Source: an uncultured Desulfosarcina sp. (GTDB lineage Bacteria > Desulfobacterota > Desulfobacteria > Desulfobacterales > Desulfosarcinaceae). From it: 64,000 bases of DNA. The notes below the pieces were generated by a model. It ran no database searches. It was not told the origin of the DNA and was given only the letters and a program-made list of their open reading frames with translations. The position numbers and the translations under genes are program-made. The stretch covers positions 160,001 to 224,000 of the forward strand of contig CAXXWQ010000003.1 of assembly GCA_963674945.2 (NCBI GenBank). Reading direction: 5' to 3'. Positions 49,043 through 58,765 of this stretch are shown piece by piece (the stretch's first letter is position 1; each line of letters begins with the position of its first letter).

Positions 49043-52000
49043 ATGAAACTGAAAAAACTGGATATCGTCGGTTTCAAGTCCTTTTTTGAAAAAGCCACCA
49101 TCGCCTTTCCGCCGGGTATCTGTGCGGTAGTCGGGCCCAATGGATGCGGAAAAAGCAACGTTGTGGATGCCCTTCGCTGGGTGATGGGCGAGCAGAGCCT
49201 CAAACAACTTCGGGGAAAAAACAAGGAAGACATCATTTTCTCCGGTGCCAACGGTAAGCCGCCGTTGAATATGGCCGAAGTCTCCGTCACCCTGGTCAAC
49301 GATAACGGATCCATGCCCGACGAGTACCGCGATTTCAGCGAAATCATGGTGACCCGACGCCTCTTTCGCAGCGGGGAAACCGCCTACCTGATCAACAAAC
49401 GGCCCTGCCGTCTCAAGGATATCCATAATATTTTCATGGGCAGCGGGGTGGGTGCCCGCACCTACGCCGTCATCCAACAGGGAAATATCGGCGCCATCAC
49501 CGATGCCGGTCCCGAAGAGCGTCGGGTATTCATCGAAGAGGCGGCCGGTGTCACACGCTATAAAATGCGCAAGACCGAAGCATTGCGAAAGGTAGCTGCC
49601 ACCAATCAGAACCTTTTGCGGGTCAAGGACATCATCATCGAGATCGACAGACAGATGAACGGTCTGAAACGCCAGGCCCGAAAAGCCGAACGGTTCAAAC
49701 GACTCAAGGAAAAGGCGCGGCAACTGGACATTCGGCTGATCCGCCACCACGACACCGAATTGCACCGGCAGGAGACCGAAGCAAACGCACTGCTTACATC
49801 CTTGAAAGACGAGGAGATCGGCTACACGACGAACTTGAAAAAAATCGATGCGGCCATCGAGGCGATCAAACTTCGAAAACAACAAAAAGACAAGGATATT
49901 TCCCAGCGCAAATCGCGACAATTCGAGATCCAGCGCAAGATCGATCGCATGGAGGCCGAGCTTGCCCACATGAAAACGGACCGGGAACGCCTGGTGGGCG
50001 AGGTCGGCGAGCTCAAGACGATGCGATGCGACCTTGAGGCGAAAAACGTCTCCATTATATCGGAAATCGATTCGGTCCAGGCACAGCACGAAACGCTGCA
50101 AAGCCAGATTGACCGGATCAAAGCAGCCATCGAGCAGGAGAATCAAAACTCCACCGGTATTCGGGAACAGATTGCGGCTCTCAACCGAACGCTGGAAAGC
50201 GGAAAAAATGACCTGATGAAGATCGTTGCCGAAGAGGCTCGCATCAAAAACACACACCAAAACACCGCCAGCAACCGTGAAAGCCTTGTGCGAAGACGCA
50301 AACGGGCCGACGAGGAGGCGGTGCTAGCCGAAAAAAACGTACGGGAAGCGTCGGACCGAAAGGCGGTGGTTGAAGCCGAACTGCAGCAGGTAAAAAAGGT
50401 GATCCGGGATCTGGACAATCAAATCGAACAGTCGAAAACGGAATTGGACGGCGCCATCGCCGATCTCTCCGCCCAGGTCAAGACCACCCAGACGCTGGAA
50501 ATGGAGCGCAGCAAGGCACACAGCAGCCTCGCCGCATTAAAAAAGATGGAGGCGAACCTGGACTGGTACAAAGACGGTGTCAAGGCCGTCTTGTCGGCAG
50601 CCGGCAAGCAGACGGATTCCCTTTGCGGCATCGTCGGACTTCTGGCCGATGTGATCGAGCCGGCACCCACCTATGACACGGCCGTGGAAGCGGCCCTGGG
50701 CGAATCCCTCCAGTACATTCTGGTAGCGGATCAATCGTCCGGTGCCGGTGCCATTGGCTATTTACAGCAAAACGACGGGGGGCGTTGCGGATTTATCCCC
50801 GTGGGAACCGTACGCAGCGTGGATGACCGCCCGGAAAAACGGCCGGAAGCAGACCATCGCCTGTTGAATCATGTTCATGTCAAGGAAGGATTCGGATCTG
50901 TGGCCGAAGCCCTTTTGGGACACGTGGCCGTGGTCGACACCCTGGAAGATGCACGGGAACGGTTCAACCGCAACGGCCGGGTTCAGACAATCGTTACCCG
51001 CGATGGAGACCTGCTTTCCCACCAGGGACTGATGGTCGGCGGGAGCCCGGACAAGCTCTCGGGCATCTTGGCGAAAAAACAGGAAATCAAGTCCCTGGCA
51101 GAACAGTGCCAACGACTGGAGGACCAGCTGGTGGCTGCCCACGACACCCAGAAGGAGATGGAAAGCAGGGTGCGCGGTCTTGAAAAACGGCTGCAAGAGA
51201 CCATTGCCGAAAAAAACGATTCGGCACAGGAGGCGGTGGAAGCGGAAAAAACCCTCTACCGATCCGAAGAAGATCTGAAGAACGCGAAGCGCCACCTGGA
51301 AATCGCCCGGCTCGAACAGGATCAGCTCATGGGCGAGGAGATGGATCTGGACGAAGAGCTGCAACGCTACAACACCCTTTTGCAAACCGTCGCAGGTGAA
51401 GTTGCCGAGGCGCAGGAACGGGTAGCCCAGACAGCTGCCGAAATCGACGCGACGTCATCGAAACTGGAATCTTTCAACCAGAAAATGATGGACCTGAAAC
51501 TCGAACTCACCTCCGCCACCGCCAACCAGGAAAACTGCAGAGGCACCCTTCGTCGCCTGAAAGATTTTCAGTCGGATGGCATCCGGCGGTTGGAACAATT
51601 GTCCCGGGACATTACCACAAAATCGGAAAAGATCGAAGGAACCGGAAAGCGAGATGAAATCATCAATCGGGACCTTGCCACCCATTACGACGCCTTGCAG
51701 GAACTTTCCGCCCGCTTGCAGACCGACGAAAAAGAGTTTGTAGACATCGATACCCGGCTCAAGGAAAGCGATTCCCAGGTTTCCCAAATTCAAAGCCAAC
51801 GGGAGGCGCTTTTTCAGAAGATTCGTCTGATAGAGACGGATTTGGCAGAAAAACGAATCAAACGGGAAAACCTGGAAAATCGCTGTCAGGAATACTACCA
51901 TTGCACCATCGCGGAACTAAAAAAACCGGCGTCGGGTCAAGAAGAAGGCAATATCGGTGAGCAAGCTCCGGAAATGATAGAAAAGTCTCTCTTTGCCCTT

Positions 52001-52645
52001 CGCAAGAAGATTTCCGCCATCGGCGACGTCAATCTGGAAGCCATCGGCGAATATGAGGCACAAAAGGAGCGATACGACTTCCTTTGCGAGCAGCGGGACG
52101 ATCTGGTCAAGGCCATAGAGGGGCTGCAAAAGGTCATTCGCAAGATCAACCGCATCACCCAGGAACGGTTCCTTGACACCTTCAACCGCATCAACGAAAA
52201 GCTTGCGGAAGTATTTCCGCGCCTGTTCGAAGGCGGCACCGCGAGGCTGGAACTGACCAACCCTCAGGAACCACTGGAAACCGGTGTGGAGTTCATGGTC
52301 CATCCACCCGGAAAGAAACTGACCCGTATGAGTCTGCTCTCCGGTGGAGAGAAGGCCCTTTCGGCCATCAGCTTCATCTTCTCCATCTTCCTGCTCAAGC
52401 CGGCGTCCTTCTGCCTGATGGACGAGATCGATGCCCCCTTGGACGACGCCAACGTCATGCGATTCAACAATTTGATGAAAGTGATCGGAGAAAAGTCCCA
52501 GATCATCATGGTCACCCACAACAAAAACTCCATGGAATTCGCCGATACCTTGTTCGGCATCACCATGGAGCAAAAAGGACTTTCCAAGGTGGTGTCGGTG
52601 GACCTGAACCGCAGGCAAAATACCCCGGAACTGACTGCCGCGTGA
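49043..52645 (+). CDS. smc: Chromosome segregation protein SMC
   Basis: GFKSF, GPNGCGKSN, hinge domain, coiled coils, LSGGEKAL, MDEIDAPLD. Confidence 0.96.
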   Translation: MKLKKLDIVGFKSFFEKATIAFPPGICAVVGPNGCGKSNVVDALRWVMGEQSLKQLRGKNKEDIIFSGANGKPPLNMAEVSVTLVNDNGSMPDEYRDFSEIMVTRRLFRSGETAYLINKRPCRLKDIHNIFMGSGVGARTYAVIQQGNIGAITDAGPEERRVFIEEAAGVTRYKMRKTEALRKVAATNQNLLRVKDIIIEIDRQMNGLKRQARKAERFKRLKEKARQLDIRLIRHHDTELHRQETEANALLTSLKDEEIGYTTNLKKIDAAIEAIKLRKQQKDKDISQRKSRQFEIQRKIDRMEAELAHMKTDRERLVGEVGELKTMRCDLEAKNVSIISEIDSVQAQHETLQSQIDRIKAAIEQENQNSTGIREQIAALNRTLESGKNDLMKIVAEEARIKNTHQNTASNRESLVRRRKRADEEAVLAEKNVREASDRKAVVEAELQQVKKVIRDLDNQIEQSKTELDGAIADLSAQVKTTQTLEMERSKAHSSLAALKKMEANLDWYKDGVKAVLSAAGKQTDSLCGIVGLLADVIEPAPTYDTAVEAALGESLQYILVADQSSGAGAIGYLQQNDGGRCGFIPVGTVRSVDDRPEKRPEADHRLLNHVHVKEGFGSVAEALLGHVAVVDTLEDARERFNRNGRVQTIVTRDGDLLSHQGLMVGGSPDKLSGILAKKQEIKSLAEQCQRLEDQLVAAHDTQKEMESRVRGLEKRLQETIAEKNDSAQEAVEAEKTLYRSEEDLKNAKRHLEIARLEQDQLMGEEMDLDEELQRYNTLLQTVAGEVAEAQERVAQTAAEIDATSSKLESFNQKMMDLKLELTSATANQENCRGTLRRLKDFQSDGIRRLEQLSRDITTKSEKIEGTGKRDEIINRDLATHYDALQELSARLQTDEKEFVDIDTRLKESDSQVSQIQSQREALFQKIRLIETDLAEKRIKRENLENRCQEYYHCTIAELKKPASGQEEGNIGEQAPEMIEKSLFALRKKISAIGDVNLEAIGEYEAQKERYDFLCEQRDDLVKAIEGLQKVIRKINRITQERFLDTFNRINEKLAEVFPRLFEGGTARLELTNPQEPLETGVEFMVHPPGKKLTRMSLLSGGEKALSAISFIFSIFLLKPASFCLMDEIDAPLDDANVMRFNNLMKVIGEKSQIIMVTHNKNSMEFADTLFGITMEQKGLSKVVSVDLNRRQNTPELTAA

Positions 52646-52907
52646 GCGATCCTATCCAACAGTTATCAAATCCCAAGGTAAGTATAGCAATTGTCTGTCA
52701 GCATCCGTACATTGGACGTTTATCGGTATTTTATCTGCTAGTCGCTACCAGTTAAGGGCGAATCCCTCAATTTAAGCCAATCACAAATACATCATGACTA
52801 TATTCAAAATATTCGGTATAACCGGATGCTGAAATGATGCGACGATCTCATTGACAAAGGCCCTGAGCGATTGTCGAGCTTGCCGCAGATGTAAGGAAAG
52901 GATTGCC

Positions 52908-54011
52908 ATGGCACTGAACTGGTTCAAAAAGAAAAAAGACAAGCAGACTCCGGAGACGCCCGACGAAGAAACGGCGGTCGAACAATCCATTGATGCACCA
53001 CCGGAAAGCGAACCGGTATCCTCTCTTGCCGCGGAAGAAAACGACGATCACGGCGTTGCGGAAACCGAAGCCCAGGCAGCAGACGATCCTCCTATGGAAA
53101 AAAAACGCCGCGGCATGTTTTCCCGATTGAAATCCGGTCTTTCCAAGACCCGGGAAATTCTCACAACGGACATCGACGAACTGTTTCTCGGCAAGAAGCT
53201 GGTGGATGACGACATGCTGGAAGAGTTGGAGGAACGGCTGATTACGGCGGACATGGGTGTTGCCACCACCATGGAAATCATAGAGAAGGTCGGCAACAAA
53301 CGATCGCGTATCGGAGGCGCAAAGGAACTCAAACGGGTGCTGCAGGAAGAGATTCTCACTTACTTTGCGACGACCGCTGAAACACCCGCCGAAGAATCCA
53401 CCGCTCCCCGTGTGGTCATGGTGGTCGGCGTCAACGGCGTGGGGAAAACCACCACTATCGGTAAGCTGGCAGCCCATGAATCGGAAAAGGGAAACAAGGT
53501 ATTGGTGGCCGCCGCCGATACCTTCCGGGCCGCCGCCATCGAACAGATTGCCATATGGGCCGAACGCGCCGGTGCGGACATCGTCCGTCACAAGGACAAC
53601 GCCGATCCGGCGGCCGTGGCCTATGACGGTCTCGATGCCGCCATTGCAAGAAAAATGGATGTGGTATTCGTGGATACCGCCGGCCGGCTCCACACCAAGG
53701 TCAACCTCATGGAGGAGATCAAGAAGATCCAGCGCACCCTGAATAAACGCCTGCCCGGTGCGCCACACGAAGTCCTGCTGGTGCTGGACGCCACAACAGG
53801 ACAAAACGCCCTGTCCCAGGCCAAGATGTTCGACGAAGCGTTGGGCGTCACCGGCATTGCACTGACCAAGCTGGACGGTACGGCCAAGGGAGGGATCGTC
53901 GTCAGCATCTGCAAAGAGCTTTCCATTCCACTGCGATACATCGGCGTGGGTGAGGATGTCCAGGATCTTCAGGTATTCGATCCGCAGCGTTTTGTGGAGG
54001 CGTTGTTTTAG
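52908..54011 (+). CDS. ftsY: SRP receptor
   Basis: GVNGVGKTTT, DTFRAAA, DTAGR, TKLDGTAKGG; acidic N-terminus. Confidence 0.96.
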   Translation: MALNWFKKKKDKQTPETPDEETAVEQSIDAPPESEPVSSLAAEENDDHGVAETEAQAADDPPMEKKRRGMFSRLKSGLSKTREILTTDIDELFLGKKLVDDDMLEELEERLITADMGVATTMEIIEKVGNKRSRIGGAKELKRVLQEEILTYFATTAETPAEESTAPRVVMVVGVNGVGKTTTIGKLAAHESEKGNKVLVAAADTFRAAAIEQIAIWAERAGADIVRHKDNADPAAVAYDGLDAAIARKMDVVFVDTAGRLHTKVNLMEEIKKIQRTLNKRLPGAPHEVLLVLDATTGQNALSQAKMFDEALGVTGIALTKLDGTAKGGIVVSICKELSIPLRYIGVGEDVQDLQVFDPQRFVEALF

Positions 54012-54152
54012 GAAGGGTTTGAGGGGCCGAGGGGTCAGGTGTGTTTTCCCAAAACCGGCATCGTCGACATCCCACAGCTCCCGCCCCTCCGGGAGACGAG
54101 CATTCCCCTCCAAGCACAGGATTCGCCGGTGCAACGTAACGCACCACTCGTT

Positions 54153-54725
54153 TTACAAAGCCATCAGCCTCCCGGTCTTACGGTAAAAGTGAAGGCCGAT
54201 CAGTCCTGACTTTTTGATCTGGTTGGCCGCTTCGAAGGATTCGATGGATTTGATCTCATCGTCATGGAAGCCGGGAACGGCTACCACCGGAGAGATGTAT
54301 TGTTCGGGAGGATTTTTTAATTCGGCACAGTGAAGATCCGTCGTCGTCAGAATGCCGAGCAGGGTATAGCGGCTGGGAGCTTCGGCCAAAAGGGCCATGA
54401 TCGACGGATCACATCGAAGCTTGTTTAGGAAAAGATCCAAGGGATTGCGTGTCCAGCGGATGGAAAAAATCCAGCGGCTCAGTTTCTCGGAATATCCGGT
54501 AAGTTGCCATTTTTCGATCCGCCGGTTGTTGATAACCGCCACGGCGGAAAACTCACAGGACCGCCCCTTGGAAATGGTAGTGTTGCGATTGTAACTCAGA
54601 TACTTCAGATTTTGGGTCTTTTCCGGCATACCGCCGATTACCAGCACGTCCTTTAACAACACGACATTTGGCGTCACCACCCGGTGAACCGCTTGAATAA
54701 GATCATCAATGTAATTGTTGCCCAT
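54153..54725 (-). CDS. Hypothetical protein
   Basis: 190 aa ORF with a GGAGG SD upstream; no recognised motif. Confidence 0.65.
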   Translation of the reverse strand: MGNNYIDDLIQAVHRVVTPNVVLLKDVLVIGGMPEKTQNLKYLSYNRNTTISKGRSCEFSAVAVINNRRIEKWQLTGYSEKLSRWIFSIRWTRNPLDLFLNKLRCDPSIMALLAEAPSRYTLLGILTTTDLHCAELKNPPEQYISPVVAVPGFHDDEIKSIESFEAANQIKKSGLIGLHFYRKTGRLMAL

Positions 54726-54953
54726 CCCGGCATCCTCCCCGACGCGACCCGTTTCACGTTTGATTCTATTTTCAAGCAGGTTATGACGATGCTTTCGGTG
54801 TAGCCAAGAGAGGGGAGCGTTCGTATAATTCGGCCACAGGCACGGGACACACAGCAGTCCGAAGACATGATCAAACGCCTACACACCTTACTTGACATTT
54901 CATCCCGCCATTCGTCAACCGCTTTTTTCAGGGGCGAAAACCGTGGGTAAAAA

Positions 54954-55742
54954 CTATATTTCCAGGATTACCCCCACCGGACAATGATCCGACCCGAATA
55001 TGTCATTATCGATCAGCGCCTGCTTCACACACCCATTTTGGACGATATCATCGGAAACGAAAAAGTAGTCGATACGCCAGCCGGCGTTGTTCTTCCGGGC
55101 GTTGAAACGATAGGACCACCAGGAGTATTTGACCGTATCGGGATAGAGGTGGCGAAAGGTATCCACATATCCCATGTCGACGATTCGGTCGAGCCATTTT
55201 CGTTCGACGGGCAAGAAACCGGAGCGTTTTGAATTGGGTCCGGGATTCTTCAGATCGATCTCGTTGTGAGCCGTATTGAAATCACCGGAGATCACCAGGC
55301 TTTTTCCCTGCTTGCGCAAATTTTCGGCATAATCGAAAAATGCCCGATAAAAATCCAACTTGTACTGGAGACGTTCGTCGCTCATCTGACCATTGGGGAA
55401 GTAGACGACAAACAAGGTGAAGGCGTCGAATTCCATCTCGATGATTCGGCCCTCGTCGTCAAACCGGGAAATGCCGATGCCGTGGCGTACCGCCCTGGGA
55501 GTCAGTCGCGAATAGGCGGCCACCCCGCTGTAGCCCTTTTTCACCGATGCGAAGGAAAAGGCGGACGTGTAATCATCAATGGTCTTCATGGCGTCAGTCA
55601 GCTGATTCTCCTGAAGCTTTGTTTCCTGAAGTCCAACGATATCCGCATCCAACCGGCGGATGGATGCCAGAAAATCTTTTTTCATGACGGCGCGGTAACC
55701 ATTGACATTCCAGGAGATCAGCTTGATGGTCTGTTTGGGCAT
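54954..55742 (-). CDS. xth: Exodeoxyribonuclease III / AP endonuclease
   Basis: SWNVNG, LQETK, YFPNG, GDFNTAH, WWSYR, GWRIDY, SDHCP. Confidence 0.95.
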   Translation of the reverse strand: MPKQTIKLISWNVNGYRAVMKKDFLASIRRLDADIVGLQETKLQENQLTDAMKTIDDYTSAFSFASVKKGYSGVAAYSRLTPRAVRHGIGISRFDDEGRIIEMEFDAFTLFVVYFPNGQMSDERLQYKLDFYRAFFDYAENLRKQGKSLVISGDFNTAHNEIDLKNPGPNSKRSGFLPVERKWLDRIVDMGYVDTFRHLYPDTVKYSWWSYRFNARKNNAGWRIDYFFVSDDIVQNGCVKQALIDNDIFGSDHCPVGVILEI

Positions 55743-55774
55743 CTTTGATTACTCCTTGTGCGTTTGCACTGCTG

Positions 55775-56446
55775 TCATCGATGACGTTCCACCCCTATTT
55801 TCGGACACATATCGGCCACCGGACAACGGCTGCAAAATGGGGAGATGGGGCGACACAGCACCTGGCCGAAAGCCACGAGCAGTTCATTGTATCGTACCCA
55901 GTGTCGCTCGGGCAGTTTTTTCCGAAGGGCCATTTCCGTCTTGTCCGGCGTCTTCGTCTTCACATAGCCGATGCGGTTGCTGATCCGATGGACATGGGTA
56001 TCCACGCAGATCGCCGGAATCTTGAATCCCTCCACGAGGACCAGGTTGGCGGTTTTCCGCCCCACGCCGGGCAGGGCCGTGAGTTCTTCCATGGTATGGG
56101 GCACCCGACCGTCATATTGATCCAACAATATGTGGCAAATTTCCAGCAGCCGCTTGGCCTTGGTGGGGTAAAATCCCACCGGATAGATCAATTTTTCGAT
56201 TTTCCCGGGCGAAAGTTTCACCATTTCTTCCGGGGTGCAGGCGACGGAGAGCAGCCGTCGGGCCGCCACGCTGGTCACTTCGTCCTTGGTGCGCAGCGAC
56301 AATATGGTGGAAACCAGCACCTCGAAGGGGGTCGCCCCACGGTTGGCGATGAAGGTGATGATGGGCGGGTTCCACTTCCGGTAGTTTGCTTCGATGGCGG
56401 CAACGAAGCGGTCGATATCGAGGGTACACTTTTTGGGCATGGGCAT
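55775..56446 (-). CDS. nth: Endonuclease III (HhH-GPD glycosylase/AP lyase)
   Basis: LPGVGRKTAN, VDTHVHR, CRPISPFCSRCPVADMC Fe-S motif. Confidence 0.93.
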   Translation of the reverse strand: MPMPKKCTLDIDRFVAAIEANYRKWNPPIITFIANRGATPFEVLVSTILSLRTKDEVTSVAARRLLSVACTPEEMVKLSPGKIEKLIYPVGFYPTKAKRLLEICHILLDQYDGRVPHTMEELTALPGVGRKTANLVLVEGFKIPAICVDTHVHRISNRIGYVKTKTPDKTEMALRKKLPERHWVRYNELLVAFGQVLCRPISPFCSRCPVADMCPKIGVERHR

Positions 56447-56536
56447 CGGATTCCGTTATTTTCTCCACTTTCAATCGATGGTTTCATACACCGGCTGGCG
56501 GTTCGGGTAAATGATTCTTTTCATCCCATATCGATT

Positions 56537-56568
56537 TGTAAAGTTATAAAAAAATATAAAACTTTACA
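56537..56568. promoter_or_regulatory. Candidate LexA operator palindrome
   Basis: TGTAAAGTT-N14-AACTTTACA, abutting the -35 box. Confidence 0.55.
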
Positions 56569-56596
56569 TTGACATTTACATTATAGCTTCTATAAT
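56569..56596 (+). promoter_or_regulatory. Consensus sigma70 promoter of the lexA cassette
   Basis: TTGACA-N16-TATAAT, 40 bp upstream of the lexA ATG. Confidence 0.8.
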
Positions 56597-56635
56597 AAAA
56601 AATACGCTTGTGATTTTTGAAGGAAGAAAGATTTT

Positions 56636-57256
56636 ATGTCCACCCGACTGACACCCGGACAGCGGCGACTCTTCGACTATTTCAAGACCGCCGTCGAACG
56701 GACCGGAAGCATTCCCACCTTACGCCAGGCGGCGAGTGATTTGGGCGTCAGCCACGCGGCCGTGTCTCAGGGGTTGAAGCTCTTGGAGCAAAAGGGAGCG
56801 GTCAAGCGCCAGGGGCGATACAGCCGCACCCTTCACCTGCTCACCCCGGTCGGCGAAACGCTGGCGGCCCAAAGGTGGGTGGAAGTCCCGGTGGTAGGCC
56901 GGGTCACGGCGGGGCTCCCCCTATATGCCCAGCAGGAGTGGGAAGGCAGCCTGGTAATCGATGGCAACCTGTACCACGGTCAGAATTTGTTCGCCCTTCG
57001 GGTGAAGGGAGACTCCATGAAAGGGGCCGGCATCCTGGACGGCGACATGGCCGTGTGCACGCCCCGTCAGTACGCCGAAAACGGAGAAATCGTCGTGGTA
57101 CTGATCAACGAAGAAGAAGCCACGGTGAAACGATTCTTTCTCCACGGCGACCATGTGGAATTGCGACCCGAAAACCCCGATTACCCGGTCATGCGGTACG
57201 GCTTCGACGAGGTGTTGGTGCAGGGGCGGGTCATCGGAATCCAACGGGTACTGTAA
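56636..57256 (+). CDS. lexA: LexA repressor (cassette-associated)
   Basis: N-terminal wHTH, VTAG cleavage site, GDSM catalytic Ser, ATVKR catalytic Lys. Confidence 0.9.
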   Translation: MSTRLTPGQRRLFDYFKTAVERTGSIPTLRQAASDLGVSHAAVSQGLKLLEQKGAVKRQGRYSRTLHLLTPVGETLAAQRWVEVPVVGRVTAGLPLYAQQEWEGSLVIDGNLYHGQNLFALRVKGDSMKGAGILDGDMAVCTPRQYAENGEIVVVLINEEEATVKRFFLHGDHVELRPENPDYPVMRYGFDEVLVQGRVIGIQRVL

Positions 57257-57358
57257 ATTTCCCGACAATGCCTGTGGACTGCGTTATCGGTCGTCGCGGT
57301 ATAACCACATACAGCTTCCTCCCTCTGGCCTTGCCACAGACATTGCCGGGAAATTTAC
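57253..57358. repeat. 106 bp element with 25-bp imperfect terminal inverted repeats
   Basis: gtaaatttcccgacaatgcctgtgg / ccacagacattgccgggaaatttac. Confidence 0.75.
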
Positions 57359-57495
57359 CGGATGAAACGAATGAATGTCTCCCGCAAGCGAACGGGAGAT
57401 TAGATTCAAAACTGTGCAGTCAGCAAATGACATTTAGCTAAAAGCGAATTGCGAATCGCTATTCCCAGGAAACACTACCGCAACCGATAAGAACC

Positions 57496-58335
57496 ATGAC
57501 AACCACGGACAACAACGATCACAACCCCCGAATATTGGTAGGAACCTGCGGATATGCCTACAGCGAATGGGTGGATGCCGGCTTCTATCCGCCGGGGACA
57601 GGTACCGCCCGGATGCTGGCACACTATGCCCGAGTCTTTCCGGTCACCGAAATCAACTACACCTGGTACCAGATGCCCAAGGCGACGGCCATGGATCGCA
57701 TGCGCCGCCGGGCACCGGAAGGATTTCGCTTTGCCACCAAACTCACCCGCACCCTGACCCACGAGGTGGATCCCGGCGGATGGCCCTCCCAGGCCACCCG
57801 CTACCGGGAAGGCATCGCCCCCTTGATGCAATCCGGCCAGCTGTTGGCCGTGCTGATTCAACTCCCCCCCTCTTTCCGACGCAGTCCCGAAAACCGGCGG
57901 TACCTGGCACGCCTCCTGGATGCCCTGGACAGCCTGCCCCTGGCCGTCGAATTTCGACACGCATCCTGGGCCGTAGATAAGGTGTTCGAGGGCCTTCGGC
58001 AGCGCCGTGTCGCCCTGGCCTGTGTAGACGCGCCGGACCTGCCGGACCTGTTCCCGTCCCTGGACGTAGTCACCTGCCCGGATCTGTTCTACATTCGCTT
58101 TCACGGCCGCAATACCAAAGGATGGCGGTCTGGCAGCATGCAGCATCAGTTCGACTACGATTACAATTACGAGGAATTGGCCCAATGGTCCCGATCGCGC
58201 ATTCCCCGCATGGCCGAAGAGGCGAATACCGGCATCATCTTTTTCAACAACCACGTCCGGGGCCAGGCGCCGAAGAATGCACGGATGTTGGTGGAACAGT
58301 TAACCGAAGGACGAAAGACGAGGGATGAGGGATGA
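57496..58335 (+). CDS. DUF72 (YecE-like) domain protein
   Basis: VGTCGYAYSEW, EINYTWY, LIQLPPSF, AVEFRH, YIRFHGRN, YDY, FFNN. Confidence 0.9.
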   Translation: MTTTDNNDHNPRILVGTCGYAYSEWVDAGFYPPGTGTARMLAHYARVFPVTEINYTWYQMPKATAMDRMRRRAPEGFRFATKLTRTLTHEVDPGGWPSQATRYREGIAPLMQSGQLLAVLIQLPPSFRRSPENRRYLARLLDALDSLPLAVEFRHASWAVDKVFEGLRQRRVALACVDAPDLPDLFPSLDVVTCPDLFYIRFHGRNTKGWRSGSMQHQFDYDYNYEELAQWSRSRIPRMAEEANTGIIFFNNHVRGQAPKNARMLVEQLTEGRKTRDEG

Positions 58336-58358
58336 AATGAAAACTGATAAATCAATAT

Positions 58359-58430
58359 TTATCAGAATGTTAAGTGGTTACGTTGTAAGTGTTAAGTGAA
58401 TGAATTCTATCGATTGTAGCGGGTAGGAAC
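58359..58430 (+). repeat. Left arm of a ~70 bp inverted repeat pair (partner 60978-61049)
   Basis: 21-bp perfect core aatgaattctatcgattgtag at 58399-58419, plus ttaagtg heptamer-like units. Confidence 0.85.
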
Positions 58431-58531
58431 CCGACATTTGATCGCCCTACAGTCGAACCCCATCGGCTATAGGATATTGTTTTGAGGCTATGGGGAAAAA
58501 CTCAACTTCTGGGATTCATTCCAAACGGAGT

Positions 58532-58719
58532 GAGCAGGATGATTTGATGACGTTTTGCGCTGTCTGAGCCACTTCGGAGGCCGAGCATCAGCGCCTGGGA
58601 AAGTATATTGTTGATGATAATGTTCCTGAAAACGAAATTGTATCGTAAATGTTTGGACTGCGCTGATGTCCGGCATCCTTGGGGGCGAGTTCGCAAGTCG
58701 TCATCAAATTATTCTGTTC
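58532..58719. repeat. ~190 bp hairpin element
   Basis: gagcaggatgatttgatgacgttttgcg / cgcaagtcgtcatcaaattattctgttc arms; inner catcagcgc/gcgctgatg. Confidence 0.7.
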
Positions 58720-58765
58720 GCTGAAACACAAAAAACATTATCCTGAAATCACAACCACCAGAGAA

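Noticed and set aside
48989..54134. Long minus-strand ORFs over smc and ftsY
   Set aside because: Antisense shadows of well-supported genes
54726..54953. Possible riboswitch or sRNA upstream of the hypothetical gene
   Set aside because: No recognisable aptamer consensus or convincing structure by eye
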